The notes beneath the pieces were generated by a model. It was given only the letters and a program-made list of their open reading frames with translations, searched no databases and was not told the DNA's origin. A program made the position numbers and the translations under genes. From positions 102,052,001 through 102,116,000 of the forward strand of contig NC_043002.1 of NCBI RefSeq assembly GCF_006345805.1: a DNA stretch of 64,000 bases, read 5' to 3'. Shown piece by piece: positions 1 through 12,500 of this stretch. This DNA is from Octopus sinensis (taxonomy: Eukaryota). Numbering within the stretch: position 1 is the first letter of the stretch; the number at the start of each line of letters is the position of its first letter.

Positions 1-766
1 GTGAACACTGCTGTGCATGCGCACTAAGTTTTAACGTTCTAGCTTACTTCCGCTCTGTTTAAAGCTGTGCCTGGAAGGAAGGTGTGTAGCATGCAATCGT
101 CGCAGTGACCATGACAGAGAAAGGTAGCATGGTGATGCCTGCTCAGAGGCCTACACATAGTTGCAGAAAGCGTATCGAGAGGAGTGTATGAGCCGCGCAC
201 AAATGTACAACTGCTTCAGACGTTTCCAAGATGGTCGAAAAAATATCGATATTGAACGTTCTGGAAGATTCGCAACCAGCAGAACTGAGAAAAACATCGC
301 AGGTGTGCATGCATCCGTGACGGGAAATTGTCGAATCACCATCCATGAGTTAACAGAAGATGTGGGGATTAGTTACGGTTCAATTCAGTTCATTATCATT
401 GAAGAATTGTGTATGAGATGCGTGTCTGCCAAGCTTGTGCCAAAACTGCTTTCAGTTGACCAAAATCATTCTCGGGTTTCAGTTGGACAAGACCTCCTTG
501 ATTGTGTCGAGAACAATGGAAACTTTTTGAAAACTTTGTGCAGGCCGCTGGCAAAATTTCATGCAGATTCTCGCCTCAACTTTTTCTGTCATTGTCAATG
601 CGACGATCACACGCTACACATGTTCCTTCCAAGCAGTGCTGTATACAGAGGAAGCAAGTTAGAACGTTGAAATTTAGTGCGTATGCACAGCAAAGTTCAA
701 GGTCACTCTCGGAGTATTAACTTCGTTAATATGGCAACAGTCCGGATATTTATTGATCATACCACG
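1..766 (+). mobile_element. Non-autonomous mariner derivative: transposase N-terminus flanked by long inverted repeats (left end lies before the window)
   Basis: ORF 161-670 encodes mariner HTH-region motifs (QKAY.EECMSRAQ.Y..FRRF..GR...ERSGR; ISYGSIQ.II.EEL.MR.VSAKLVPKLL). Bases 1-122 are an inverted repeat of about 580-700. A mariner-type TIR (ccggatatttattgatcataccacg) ends at 766. No DD34D catalytic domain is present. Confidence 0.85.
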
Positions 767-1295
767 AACAAGTTTATTTGGTTACTCCAAATGATTCTTA
801 GCTCATCCACGTTCTGTGAAGTTTCTTGAATGGTACTACCTCTCCTTTTACAGATCCCTTTTTTTATCAAATAGTACTGTACTTTGATCTATTACTCAAA
901 GGAGTGAATACCTCTTTTCATTATGGTGATTCAATGAGCTTATGAGAATTAACTGCTAGCTAGATCTGTTCCGCATAAGGCAAAGGTCGTTCGACATAAA
1001 TCCCCAAACCAAGGTTGTTGGGATACAGAACGAATCTAAGCCTATCTACGACAGATTTGTTTACTGGCGGCTTCAGTATTCTATGCCTCAAGATCTCAAG
1101 AAGTTTCCTCAAGGAGACAATATCCACAGAAAAACTTGCAAGCCACAGACTTTGGAAGTTGCTCAGTATCCCAGATCCGGCCAAACAGGCTGACCTCATC
1201 GACACCTGCCTTGCTGCCATATCGCCCGCATCAATATTCTCGATTAACCACGTATATGATGCGGGAGTCTAGCAATTAACATAGTTGATAGTGTA

Positions 1296-1524
1296 ACATG
1301 GTAATTGTCGGATCTCTGGGAAGAGTGAGTAAAAATCTTGAGAAGTACATGGAACAAATAGGAGCTGCAATAAGGGTGCGCACTTGCAGGAAACAGCACT
1401 GCTTGGAACCGTTCGAATACTCCGAATGGTGCTCGAAAAATAAGGGGTGTTACCTTAGTTCACTGGTAGTGAACAGCTGTCACTGTAATACATCTCCAGT
1501 GTTAGAAGCTGTGCAAAGGCAATA

Positions 1525-1560
<36 letters not shown>
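1296..1560 (+). mobile_element. R4/Dong-clade non-LTR retrotransposon 3' end with (TAA)n tail
   Basis: Frameshifted translation VIVGSLGRVSKNLEKYMEQIG...QETALLGTVRILRMVLEK resembles the C-terminus after the RLE endonuclease. A short UTR and (TAA)n follow. Confidence 0.75.
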
Positions 1561-1562
<2 letters not shown>

Positions 1563-1580
1563 GTAGTATTAGTATTAGTA

Positions 1581-1627
<47 letters not shown>

Positions 1628-1664
1628 ATGATGATGGTGATGATGAAGAAGAAGTGACAAATAG

Positions 1665-2030
1665 TGTTAGATCATTGATGTAGCCATACCAAGTGATTTG
1701 AACGTTGTGATTAAAGAGGTTGAAAAAATCACCAAGTACCCGGAATTGAAAGTGGAAATGGCAAGATTGTATAGAATGCGAAGGGGAAATGTAACTGAGA
1801 TACTAGTGGTGACCGGAGCGTTGGGCTCAATGCCATTGAAACTTCAAGACTTCTTAAGGAAACTGGAAATCCCATGCAAGATTGATGTCTTGCAAAATGC
1901 TGCCTTAATGGGCACAGCGCACATCTTAAGGAAATTATTTTATGTCTGATGTCCTTGTTGTGACTCGACAGATGACTAAAGACTCCGGTGCAATCTTACC
2001 TCCACTGTGTTACAAGGAATTCCTCATCAT
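1665..2030 (+). mobile_element. Second R4/Dong-clade 3' fragment (RLE endonuclease domain)
   Basis: IIDVAIPSDLNVVIKEVEKITKYPELKVEMARLY...VVTGALG...LQNAALMGTAHILRKL (ORF 1698-1949). Confidence 0.8.
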
Positions 2031-2215
2031 CATTGCTCGACCGTGGTCGAGACAATGGAATTTACTATGTTACCCCAGACCTCATGGTGCATCATAGCAT
2101 TACGGAGTTCCTGTTGCTGCATGCCTGTATCCATGGAGATTACATCAGGGCAGGAGATTGTGCGCCCTCTGGTATCGCGAGCAGATGGCTTCCAGAGGAG
2201 AAGAGTAGAAATTAC
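2025..2215 (-). mobile_element. RTE-clade LINE 3' end with (GAT)n tail
   Basis: Minus-strand translation LLLWKPSARDTRGRTISCPDVISMDTGMQQQELRNAMMHHEVWGNIVNSIVSTTVEQ* is followed directly by a (GAT)n tail, as expected for an RTE ORF2 C-terminus. Confidence 0.6.
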
Positions 2216-2261
2216 CTAGTTTTCAGCTCTACAACAATGAAATAATAATAATAACAACACC

Positions 2262-2299
<38 letters not shown>

Positions 2300-2556
2300 T
2301 AATAATAATAATGATACTGATGATAAGGATGAGGAGAATGGTACTGATGATGATGAGTATGATGATGATGACGAGGAGGAGGATGAGCAGGGGGATGAGC
2401 AATATGTTGATGGGGCGAACGATGATGATGATGACTGTGTTCATGAAGAAAACGATTTCTTTATTAACCAACTAGCATTTACAAAAAGATCTTGGATAGT
2501 GCAGGATTGTGCCCCGTGGGATTGCAGGAAAGCGCGTAGGAAGAGAAACGGTAAAT

Positions 2557-2957
2557 AATTCCTAGAATGAGGTAAACTTTCGGTGAGCTACCCATGGTAA
2601 TCTAAGAAAACCAGAGAGAAAGTGCACATCTATATAAATAAATTCCTCACAAACTGATCTGGAAGTTTGCTCTACAGTCGGTTTGCCCTCAACTTACACC
2701 CATTTTGAAAGAAGACATGATAATTTCTCTCTTTTCTTAACATTTATACGCCTATATAATTCCTGGAATGAGGTAAAATTTCGGTGGGCTACCCATAGTA
2801 ATCTAAGAAAACCAGAGAGAAGGAGCAAATTTATGTAAATATATTCCTCACAAACTGATCTGGATGTTTGTTCTGCAGTCGGTTTGCCCGCAACTGACAC
2901 CCATTTGAAAGAAGAGATGATAATTTCCATCTCTTCTCAACATTTATACGCCTATAT
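2557..2957. repeat. Tandem duplication, 2 x ~201 bp
   Basis: aattcct(a/g)gaatgaggtaaa...catttatacgcctatata occurs at 2557 and 2758 with scattered substitutions and small indels. Confidence 0.9.
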
Positions 2958-3451
2958 AGAACTACAAGATAGAAACTTGTTTTTTAAAGATACATCGTTT
3001 TTAAACATCGTTTCCTAACATATAAAACCCATCTAAGCGTGCATAAATGACAATAAATCTTTGAGAATACATAATTAAAAATATAATATTTTCCTACATA
3101 AAATTGGATTGTTATAAATATGAAAATTTACATTAAAAATACAAAGAAACATTAACAAATATAATGAACGAAGACAATAAATAAGGGAAAAAAATTACCT
3201 CATTTCACGGCCATATAATTTTTACTTGATAGCTTGAAATTATTTCTTTTGAAAAGAGCCATAACATCTACAGTCTTTAAATGGCTACTCTGCTGCTGGA
3301 CCATATTTATCAGTGATTTCTTTCTAATTAAACGTCCTACTTTCCACTCAGAAATCTGTGTTTTGTCTTTGTTCTTCAGAAAGGCAGAAAAATATCCATG
3401 CATACGCTCGCCTACGCTTCATCATACTTAAACTAAAGACGTACGAACGTA

Positions 3452-3523
<72 letters not shown>

Positions 3524-3711
3524 TATCAAATAAATATTCATGTGTCTATCTAACTATCTATCTATCTGTTTGTCTGTCTGTCTTTATTTATACACACTCA
3601 CACGATCACAATACACATGCACCCTGATATGAGTCTATATGTCTGTTAGTACATACACAAACACTTACACACACATATAAGCACATTTATTGCAAATATG
3701 TATTCATATGA

Positions 3712-3792
<81 letters not shown>

Positions 3793-4005
3793 CACTCTCT
3801 ATATATATACATAGGGAAGAGTATTTACCGACGCAATGTGGCAGTTCTACGCAGGGCGATGTTACAACATTTTAGGCCCCGGAAGACATATTTTCCAACT
3901 GGCTACCGAGATATGATTTGTATCTGTATTATGTGGGCAAGGGTGTCCACCGTTCCCGTTCCCTTTCTAGCCGTAGCGATACTTGTACACCAAAGCTCTC
4001 TGTGT

Positions 4006-4066
<61 letters not shown>

Positions 4067-4711
4067 TATATATATATACATATATATACATACACATATA
4101 ATATAGCTAGAAAGAAAGGGTAAAGAAAAGAGAAGTGTGGAGTGATATCTGCAGCGTCATAGAGTCGTGTTCTAAGCCAATTACGAAAAGTATCAACGCT
4201 GATTATTGCTGGAAATGATTTAGAAATAATATTTGTATGAGATTGTTTGTATGTCAATTTTTCCATAACTTGATCCAGCATCGCTTGTTGTTGTAACAAA
4301 CAGCTGCACATAGCGAATGACTTCATCAGTGGATCATCTACCATGTTGATGTTGGTTGGCATTTCACAAACCACATCATATCGTCTCTCTTTATTCAGAT
4401 GAATGTTGAAACTTTCCATTTTATGTTGTACTGTATTTCTAATTTCGTTGATTCTGCTGCGGTGAAATGAAATCTTTCATTTTCTTGCGGAAATCGTTGA
4501 CTAGTGGCATAAATGACTTAGCTTGCTAATTTCCCATAGGAGAGAGTTAGATCTTCGTTTGCAGCACAAGAACTTTTCGCTGCGCAGTGAATGTGTAGAT
4601 ACGTACATCCTCATTCCTTCATGCATACAGGCATACATACATAAATGCCTGCATATATGCAGATATATGTACATACATACATACATACATACATACATAC
4701 ATACATACAAT

Positions 4712-4748
<37 letters not shown>

Positions 4749-4769
4749 AGACACACACTGATGTAGATG

Positions 4770-5122
4770 TGTGGTAAGAACCTTCCTTCCCAAGCTCATG
4801 GTTCTGGTTTCAGTCCCACTACGTGACTTTTTGGGCAAGAGTCTTCTATATTCGGGCTGACTAAAGCCTTGTGGGTAGAGCTGGCAGATGGAAACAGAAA
4901 GAAGCCCGTTGTATATATGTGCGTGTGTTTTTGTCTGTGTTTGTCCCGAACTCTTCCTAGACAACCGATGTTTATGTGGTTATGCCACCGTAAATTAGCT
5001 CTTTCGCAAATGGGAACGATAAAATAAGTACTAGGCTTACAAAGAATAAGTACCGGGGTCGATTTGTTCGACTGAAAACCTTTAAGGCTGTACTCCAGGA
5101 TGACCACAGTTGAATGACTGAA
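4770..5122 (+). mobile_element. tRNA-derived SINE, family A (degenerate)
   Basis: Alignable by eye to the copies at 25259-25668 and 57489-57910 (gtggtaag head; gacggaaactgaaagaagcccg; aataagtactaggcttacaaagaataagtacc tail). Confidence 0.8.
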
Positions 5123-6169
5123 ACTCAACCTAAATGGCCTCGGTGTGTTATTACCTACGAACTGTTGTCCCCGGACCAGATCGGAACGTCTGTCATTTTG
5201 CTTCTTGTGGAACCTGCAGTTCGTCCGTTGGTTTCCAGTATTCCCTGCCACCTGTTATTGTCCTTCATTCTGCCTTAATAGTAATGGAGGCTGCAATGTT
5301 TTCACAAATTCTTAGACAAGTGAGCTTTTTGGCGTGTTTTCTCGCCGACTGCACGTTTTAAGGTCCTGAGTGTTCAAACATCCGAATACAGTCAGGCACT
5401 GAATATCGCCTACAAGTTTAAAAATGCAGGCGTTAGAAGGGTGTGGCTTGCTTTCTATAGAGATTCCGTGGCAAGTTAGATCCACAATATTATCTGGGAG
5501 AGTCGGTTTACTGAAGAAGATAAAATAAAATGTCCATCTTGAAAGATTTTCTTGTCATACATTAGAGAGTTTCTGCACAACCACTGGTCATTCAAGATGT
5601 ATTTTACATCCCCGCTAAATTCTCTGATGCCGGAAAGTTGGACATCATTGGGCGACGATAAAACTCATTCATTTGTCGAAAGATATTGTCAATGATATAC
5701 CGTCGGAAATATTTCATCGCGTGCGGATAAACCTGTCTACCAGGCGATAAGAAGGACCACTCAATCACTTTTCACTGGCAAAAACTTCGCCCTCTTTCTT
5801 TTGTGCAATGGTCATGTGCAGTATTGTCGACGAAATTACGAGAATTGAGCAGAAGGCTCTTTTTGTTATTCACAAACTTTAATCAACTCCCGTTTCAAAA
5901 AAATGGTTATAATATAGCAGGATGCATCGTTCTAGAACCGTTTCTGTCCTTTGAAGATGATAGTGGTATGCTTAGCGTGAGTGGTGAACCTTTCGTCCGA
6001 AATTTCATAGCATAGAAAACGCCATTAGCTGAGGATGGATGGAGTATAAAGCTATCAGATTTCCTACATGTTATGCTAAGTGTCTTTTACGCATTTGGTA
6101 CGTATCGATTTGGAATATAAGGAAGACAACTAAAGTGTTTCTAATTTGGTAATAAGACTCCTGAAATTC

Positions 6170-6360
6170 GAGGGTTAAGGGGGAAATCGATTAAGTATTA
6201 CTTCGATTGTAATACTTAACTGGAATCTATTTTACCGACTCCAAAAGGATGAAATGCAAAGTTGAATAAAAAAACATTTGAACTCAGATCGTCAACAACA
6301 AAAACAAAAAAAAAGGTAAAATGCTGACAGGCATATTTTTCGGGTGTGCTAAGGATTGTG
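6170..6360 (-). mobile_element. SINE family C remnant
   Basis: tattttaccgactccaaaaggatgaaatgcaaagttga...atttgaactcag is the reverse complement of the core seen at 43327-43900. Confidence 0.55.
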
Positions 6361-6615
6361 CCAGCTCGTGCCATAGTGTAGCTTGATAAAAAAAAAGGGG
6401 AAAAAAGAAAGACAGGTATTCAGTGCTTCAAAGTCGAAGTTAAAGATTTTCTGTGAGATAATAGATATACAAATATGCAAGTATACGAAGAAATTGGATG
6501 ATATTAAACAGAACATAGTAAAGAAATGCTATTTGTCAGAGTGATTTGTTTTTATGTAAAGCAATGGATCTATCTGTATATATTACAAAGAAGAACACCT
6601 AAGCCTTTTTCTTAC

Positions 6616-6673
6616 ACGGTCCAACACCAGTAATCCTCACGGGCTTTTCCATAGCCATTGAGACACTCTGGAC
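6616..6673 (-). CDS. Candidate 58-nt internal exon of an unidentified gene
   Basis: Acceptor ctctctatcatctttaag and donor gtaaga. Two frames are open: VQSVSMAMEKPVRITGVGP or (x)PECLNGYGKAREDYWCWT. No homology recognised. Confidence 0.3.
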
Positions 6674-6971
6674 CTTAAAGATGATAGAGAGTGTAAAATA
6701 GAAACGTAAATATGAGAGACAGTGAAAGATAATCTACGCAATGATATTTTCATTTATATTTTGTTCATTGCATTTTATATGAAAATTCAACATATTCTGT
6801 GGTTTCTTCATCGATTTTTATTACATTTCTGACATAACGAGTGTTGCATAGCGTCCGCCCTCTTCTCTTTTTCAAAAAAAAAAAAAAAAATTCTTTTTCG
6901 AAAGCCACGTCTTTGTCAGCTTTCACCTGAGCGTCATTACATTGTCATGTGTGTCGAACACTTGTAGATAA

Positions 6972-7345
6972 TACAAAAAATCTTCTTCTTCTTGTTCTTC
7001 TTGTTCTTGTTCTTGTTATTCTTGTTCTTGTTCTTCTTGTTCTTGTTCTTCTTGTTCTTGTTCTTCTTGTTCTTGTTCTTCTTGTTCTTCTTGTTCTTCT
7101 TCTACTCTTCTTGTTCTTCTTCTTCTCTTCCTCCTCCTCCTACTACTACTCTTCTTCTTCTTCTTCTTCTTCTCCTTCTTCTTCTTCTTCTTCTTCTACC
7201 TCTTCTCTACTTCTTCTTCTTTCTCCACCTCCTCTTCTTCTTCTTCTTCTCTACTTCGTCTTCTTCTTCTTCTTCTTCTTCTTCCCTTCTTCTTCTTCTT
7301 CTTCTTCTTCTTTTTCTTCTTCTTCTCCTCCTCTTTCATTCCTTA
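6972..7345. repeat. Compound (CTT)n/(CTTGTT)n microsatellite
   Basis: Visible directly in the sequence. Confidence 0.95.
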
Positions 7346-7399
7346 TTTCAAATTTTTTTCATATCATTTCTGTAATAGAAATATAATTGTAACGGAAGA

Positions 7400-7419
7400 A
7401 GTTGTTGTTATTATTATTA

Positions 7420-7480
<61 letters not shown>

Positions 7481-7739
7481 CATTATTATTATTATTACTA
7501 TTACTATTATTATTATTAATGTTACGAACATCACCTTTATATTACCTTGGCTCCAGAACGCATCGTTACATATTGTCTTGCTCAGTTGTACATTATTCCA
7601 TTCCCGGCTTCGTTTCACACTTTTTACTATTGTCCTGTATTGGTCCTTATTATCACCAAGATTATTATTTATATTACCGTTATCATTATTATTATTATCA
7701 TCATCTTCATCATCATCATCATCATTATTATTATTATTA

Positions 7740-7800
<61 letters not shown>

Positions 7801-7880
7801 CATCATCCTCATCATCATTATTATCATCATTATTATTATTATTATTCACAATAAATATCATTATTACAATTGTCATTATT
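7400..7880. repeat. (ATT)n/(CAT)n microsatellite arrays
   Basis: Visible directly in the sequence. Confidence 0.95.
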
Positions 7881-8379
7881 ATTTTTACTGTTATTTCCTT
7901 CTGTAGCTCTTGTCGTGACTCCATGGAAAATTATCATTATTGTCTTGACTCTATTGCATACGTATAATTGTAACCATTCTGTCTATTCCACCCTATTATA
8001 AGAAGACATCTCTTCCCCGCTCTCCCTTTCTCTCTCACTCTCTGACTTCCCAATATAATCTTTCTATCTTGAACAGTTTATATGTTATAAACAATTGAAA
8101 TATCTTCGTCAGACTTTATCAGGAATTTAGTCGTTGTCCGTCATTTTCCTCTACTTTCGAACAACGAATTTCAAAGGACATCTCTATTAACAAGCGCAAT
8201 TTCTGTATGACGCATTCACGCACGTATACATGTTCACACATATATAGAAATGCATGCATATATACATAAACACATATCCGCATGATATAAACGGGTGTAA
8301 ATGTGTATGTGGTTAAAATGTATGCACAGACATACACAGATTTAAATATATAGAAACATATATAGATATATACATGCAT

Positions 8380-8394
8380 ATATGAGTATGAAAA

Positions 8395-8482
<88 letters not shown>

Positions 8483-8724
8483 TTGTATATATGCATATAT
8501 ATATGTATGTATGTTTGTATCTATGCATATATGTATGTATGTATATATATATATGCATATATATATATATGTATACATGTATATATATAAATATATGTAT
8601 GTATATATGTATATATATGTGCATGTATGTATATGTATATATATACATACATTCATGCATGTATGTATCAATTTATTTACCCACCTCTCTCTATCTGACT
8701 CTCCACCTATCTGTGTATCTGTCG

Positions 8725-8810
<86 letters not shown>

Positions 8811-8857
8811 ATCTATCTATCTATCTTTTATCTTTCCGTCTATCTATTACTTTACAC

Positions 8858-8892
<35 letters not shown>
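8380..8892. repeat. Compound (AT)n/(ATGT)n/(ATCT)n microsatellite
   Basis: Visible directly in the sequence. Confidence 0.95.
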
Positions 8893-8895
<3 letters not shown>

Positions 8896-9029
8896 TTTGT
8901 AACGAGAATCCCATCATCAATGTAATAAATGGAAATAAGGAAATAAACAGCCAAAGATTTGCAAAATTCATTGAGACAAAACAATTCACTGAAGAATCCT
9001 GGAATCTATCTTTCATAATTTACGTGTGA

Positions 9030-9052
9030 GGGTAGGAGTGAGAGAGAGAAAT

Positions 9053-9088
<36 letters not shown>

Positions 9089-9433
9089 TGTGTGGGGTTG
9101 AAAAGGAAAAAGAAAGGAGAAAAATACATAAAATAGACGAAAGTTAGAAATAGAGGACTTTAGAGGCGGAAGGATGTGTGAGGGGGAAAGGAGAAGGAGT
9201 GGAGTATGAAAGCTTGAGCGGATTGTAAAAAGGGGGGGATGAAAGGAAAGTGGGGGAAGAAATAGACAGAATTTAATGAAAGAACCAATGTAGAATGTTA
9301 GTGATAAGTACGAGAGAGAAAGTAGTGTGTGAGAAAGTAAAGAAAGAGGATCAGAGACAAGGTGTGAGTGAGAGTGAGAGGAGAGAATGGTATTAAGAAT
9401 TTCTGAAGGAGTGGCAAGAGAAAAAGAAAGAGT

Positions 9434-9477
<44 letters not shown>

Positions 9478-9800
9478 TGGGGAAAGTTATCCAATAGTTA
9501 ATGAAACAAGTAATTATTTTCCCAATCGACAAAAAAGAAATCGAGTGACACAAATGGCAAAAGCAGAAAGAAAAAGGGAAAAAAAAGGGAGGAAGAAAGA
9601 AAGATGCAAAGAAGAGAAACAGCAATGATAACAAGTTGGGGGTGTGAGTTGTCAGATATAGATGAAGAAACACAGGCGTACACAGAAAATACTCATGAAA
9701 AGAAAGAATAAAAAGAAAGAATAAAAAGAAAAAAAAAAAAGAAAAACATGAAGAAACAAAACTACACAAGAAATATAGAAAAACAATTCCAAATGGAGGA
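9030..9800. repeat. Long purine-rich low-complexity tract with (GA)n arrays
   Basis: The plus strand is strongly A/G-skewed over about 770 bp. Confidence 0.8.
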
Positions 9801-10157
9801 TGAAGCAGATTTTTCAAGAATTAGATTTAGCAGGTATTTATGCAAAGAAATGAATTCTTATTGAAAAGTCTGAGATAGATTGTAAGTTTTGGACAGAGTA
9901 GACAGTTAGGACTGGAAGATTTTGAACGAATGTACAAAATACATTTGTGCAACAGAAAATTGAGTAAAGCTTCAGCATTCTGAGTTCTCGATATGAAAAG
10001 TGCCGCCCCTCACCACCACCACCACCATTAACAAGTATATAATCTATAAATATATGTTACCCTTGTAGACACACACGCGCGCATGCACACACAGACACAC
10101 ACACACACACACACAACAAACACGCACAGACACAAAGGCACACACATACACACACAT

Positions 10158-10462
10158 ATTTCAGGTCATCCCATAAATTCTGTCCGAATTTTGAATAAAG
10201 AAAATAAGTGATCAAATGTTATATTTAATTGAAATTTAATCATCAATGTACTTTCCCTGATTATCTATGAGTTCCTTCAATCTATTTACAAGCTTTTTTA
10301 ATCCCATCAATGTAAAACTCGTTTGGTTTCAAAGCGAAGAACTCTGACATGTCAGTTTCGACCTCCTCCTCACTTGCGAAAGTTGTGTCCACCAAATGAT
10401 TCAGTAAACTACGAAACAAATGGTAGTCTGAAGGAGCAAGGTCGGGAGAATAAAGTGGATGA
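10158..10462 (-). mobile_element. Mariner transposase C-terminus and terminal region
   Basis: Minus-strand translation YSPDLAPSDYHLFRSLLNHL...FASEEEVETDMSEFFALKPNEFYIDGIKKLVNRLKELIDNQGKYIDD* contains the diagnostic mariner YSPDLAP(S)D motif. Confidence 0.9.
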
Positions 10463-12284
10463 GGAATTTTTTCCCAACCAAGGTGGATGAGGAATTATAT
10501 ATATATATATGTGGGTGGTGTGTAAATCTCACGCCTATTTTCATCCCCACCTCACAAGCTATTTCATATCTTATCTGGAATAACTATTGCTTAACCATTC
10601 TCTCATACCATCTCCGATGAAGGAATATATAAACATCCCGGAAACAGCTGTAAGACCTTCTATTTATAAATGTTCTGAAATCATTCACAGCCTTGGATTT
10701 TTATCTAATTCTGTTAATGTTGATATTATATATATATATATACACATTGTTGGATTCGAATAGTTTTAGTATGTGATGCAAAGAACGTTATAGACGTGAC
10801 AGATACTTTGATGGAAGCATGATTATGTTGCCTGGCATCCGATACCAAAAGCTCTCTGTTGTACCCTATGGAAGTCACGTGAGTTACTAATGTTTCAAGT
10901 GTTTTAAAAGTTCCTCCTTTTGAGAGATATCTTAAAATTGTGCGCTTGATCTGAAAGGTACATGATAAGGGGGGCACATACGAGAAAGGAGAAATAATTG
11001 CAAAACAACTGACTAGAAGCAGCGAAGACAAAGAGCAATAACAACATCTGCCCCAGATATAAACTATTTTGAAGATGAACTTGTAGTTCTACAAGTTTCA
11101 TTGTGCAGACAGGGTAACATTCGTGGGCAGTATCTAATAGCCTGTTAGCGAGAGATAAATTTTATGAATACAAGGGTATATGATACCATCGAGGTCGACC
11201 AAGAACAACCATTTGAATGTCAGTTGACATCGAATTACCATTTGCCGTTCTGTTGAATCTCTTGGGAAACAATAAACTTCATAACCTCCCGTTTTCTTAT
11301 ATTCACGTGCTTATACAGTATTTTGTCCCTGTCAAAATCTTCATATTTAAAGATTTGAACAGCGAAAATCATCTTTGTCGTCAGTGAGTGAACACAGTAG
11401 AAATAATATTGTATATATTTCTATTTATGTTTGTAAGTCTGTTTATTGTAAGTTGCACGGATAAATCAGAATTTGCTTAATCTCGGATTTCGGCTTCAGT
11501 ACGAATATTGAAGTCAAAGATGATATTATAAAATAAGTACTTGACTGACAAAACCTAGCTGCTTCTGCGCCAATAAAAATTTCAGTATTTAAACCGACTA
11601 AATCGTATTTACTTTTCTGTCTCGTAATTCTGACGGCAACATCATTTATAGGGAATATTTCAGCTTTAATCTTGACGTCCCCACAACTGACATGTAGTGT
11701 ATGTGAAATGCTAAATATATTTGACTCATGAAATGAGGAAGCATAATGAGAGATATCGAAAGAAAATGCACAAAAATCAATGTTTGTTTTAAGAGCTTTA
11801 TCTTCAGTAAATATTTGTACAAGGATATCGTTCTAATTTGCCAGAGCAATCGATAAATATCTATATTCATAAAGATACATAACAGAACAGAAGATGGATA
11901 CGGCTTTTCAAGAAGTATAATGGCTGATTGGTGTTATATGCTAATGTTTTTCAATGAAATTCTGTATGGAAAATGGAGGATATTCATTCTTCATTTTCTC
12001 ATGTCAATATTTACTGTGTTGGCCTAAATAATGAAGAGTTTCTAATATATTGAAATGATAAGGAAACAGATTTGATTTTTATGTTGCAATAAACTTAGCA
12101 AACTCGAGCGCGCAGATGATGGCAGCCGACATCGTATGGCATGGGTTTGAACTGAAAGAGCAGCACGAGTGACTGAATGCAGAATCTTATATACACAACG
12201 CATACTCGCATGATACACATGTGCACGTGTACTAACACACACACACACATGTACGTATGTATATCCATGTATACGGAGAGTTCA

Positions 12285-12500
12285 CGAAAAAAACAAAAGA
12301 CTAAGACAGGTGGTGTATAAAACACACAGATGTATTAGTATAACGCTCAGACAATTCAAAAAGTCTTTTAAGTTTCGAGCCTACGCTCTTCTACAGAAAG
12401 GGACACATAAAAAAAAACAAGGAGAGAAACAAGGAGAGAAAAAAATGCGTGTAGTGGCTACCGATCTATCATGTAACCTATTTATATCCAGATATAGGTT
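12285..12500 (+). mobile_element. Non-autonomous dispersed repeat (Penelope pLTR-like, inferred), partial copy
   Basis: Shares agatgtattagtataacgc...aagtctttta.gtttcgagcctacgctcttctacagaaagggacac with 54640-54790. Confidence 0.6.

Noticed and set aside
5134-6015. Relatively GC-rich stretch suggesting a gene
   Set aside because: Multiple stops in the frames I translated and no recognisable motif. Probably an old unclassified TE.
6949-9817. Long ORFs of 110-265 aa (poly-L/S/Y/I, YIYI, LSIY)
   Set aside because: These are translations of microsatellites and a purine tract that lack stop codons by composition. The same applies to similar ORFs at 13-14.7 kb, 17.5-18 kb, 27-28 kb, 36 kb, 41.5 kb, 55.5 kb and 59.3 kb.
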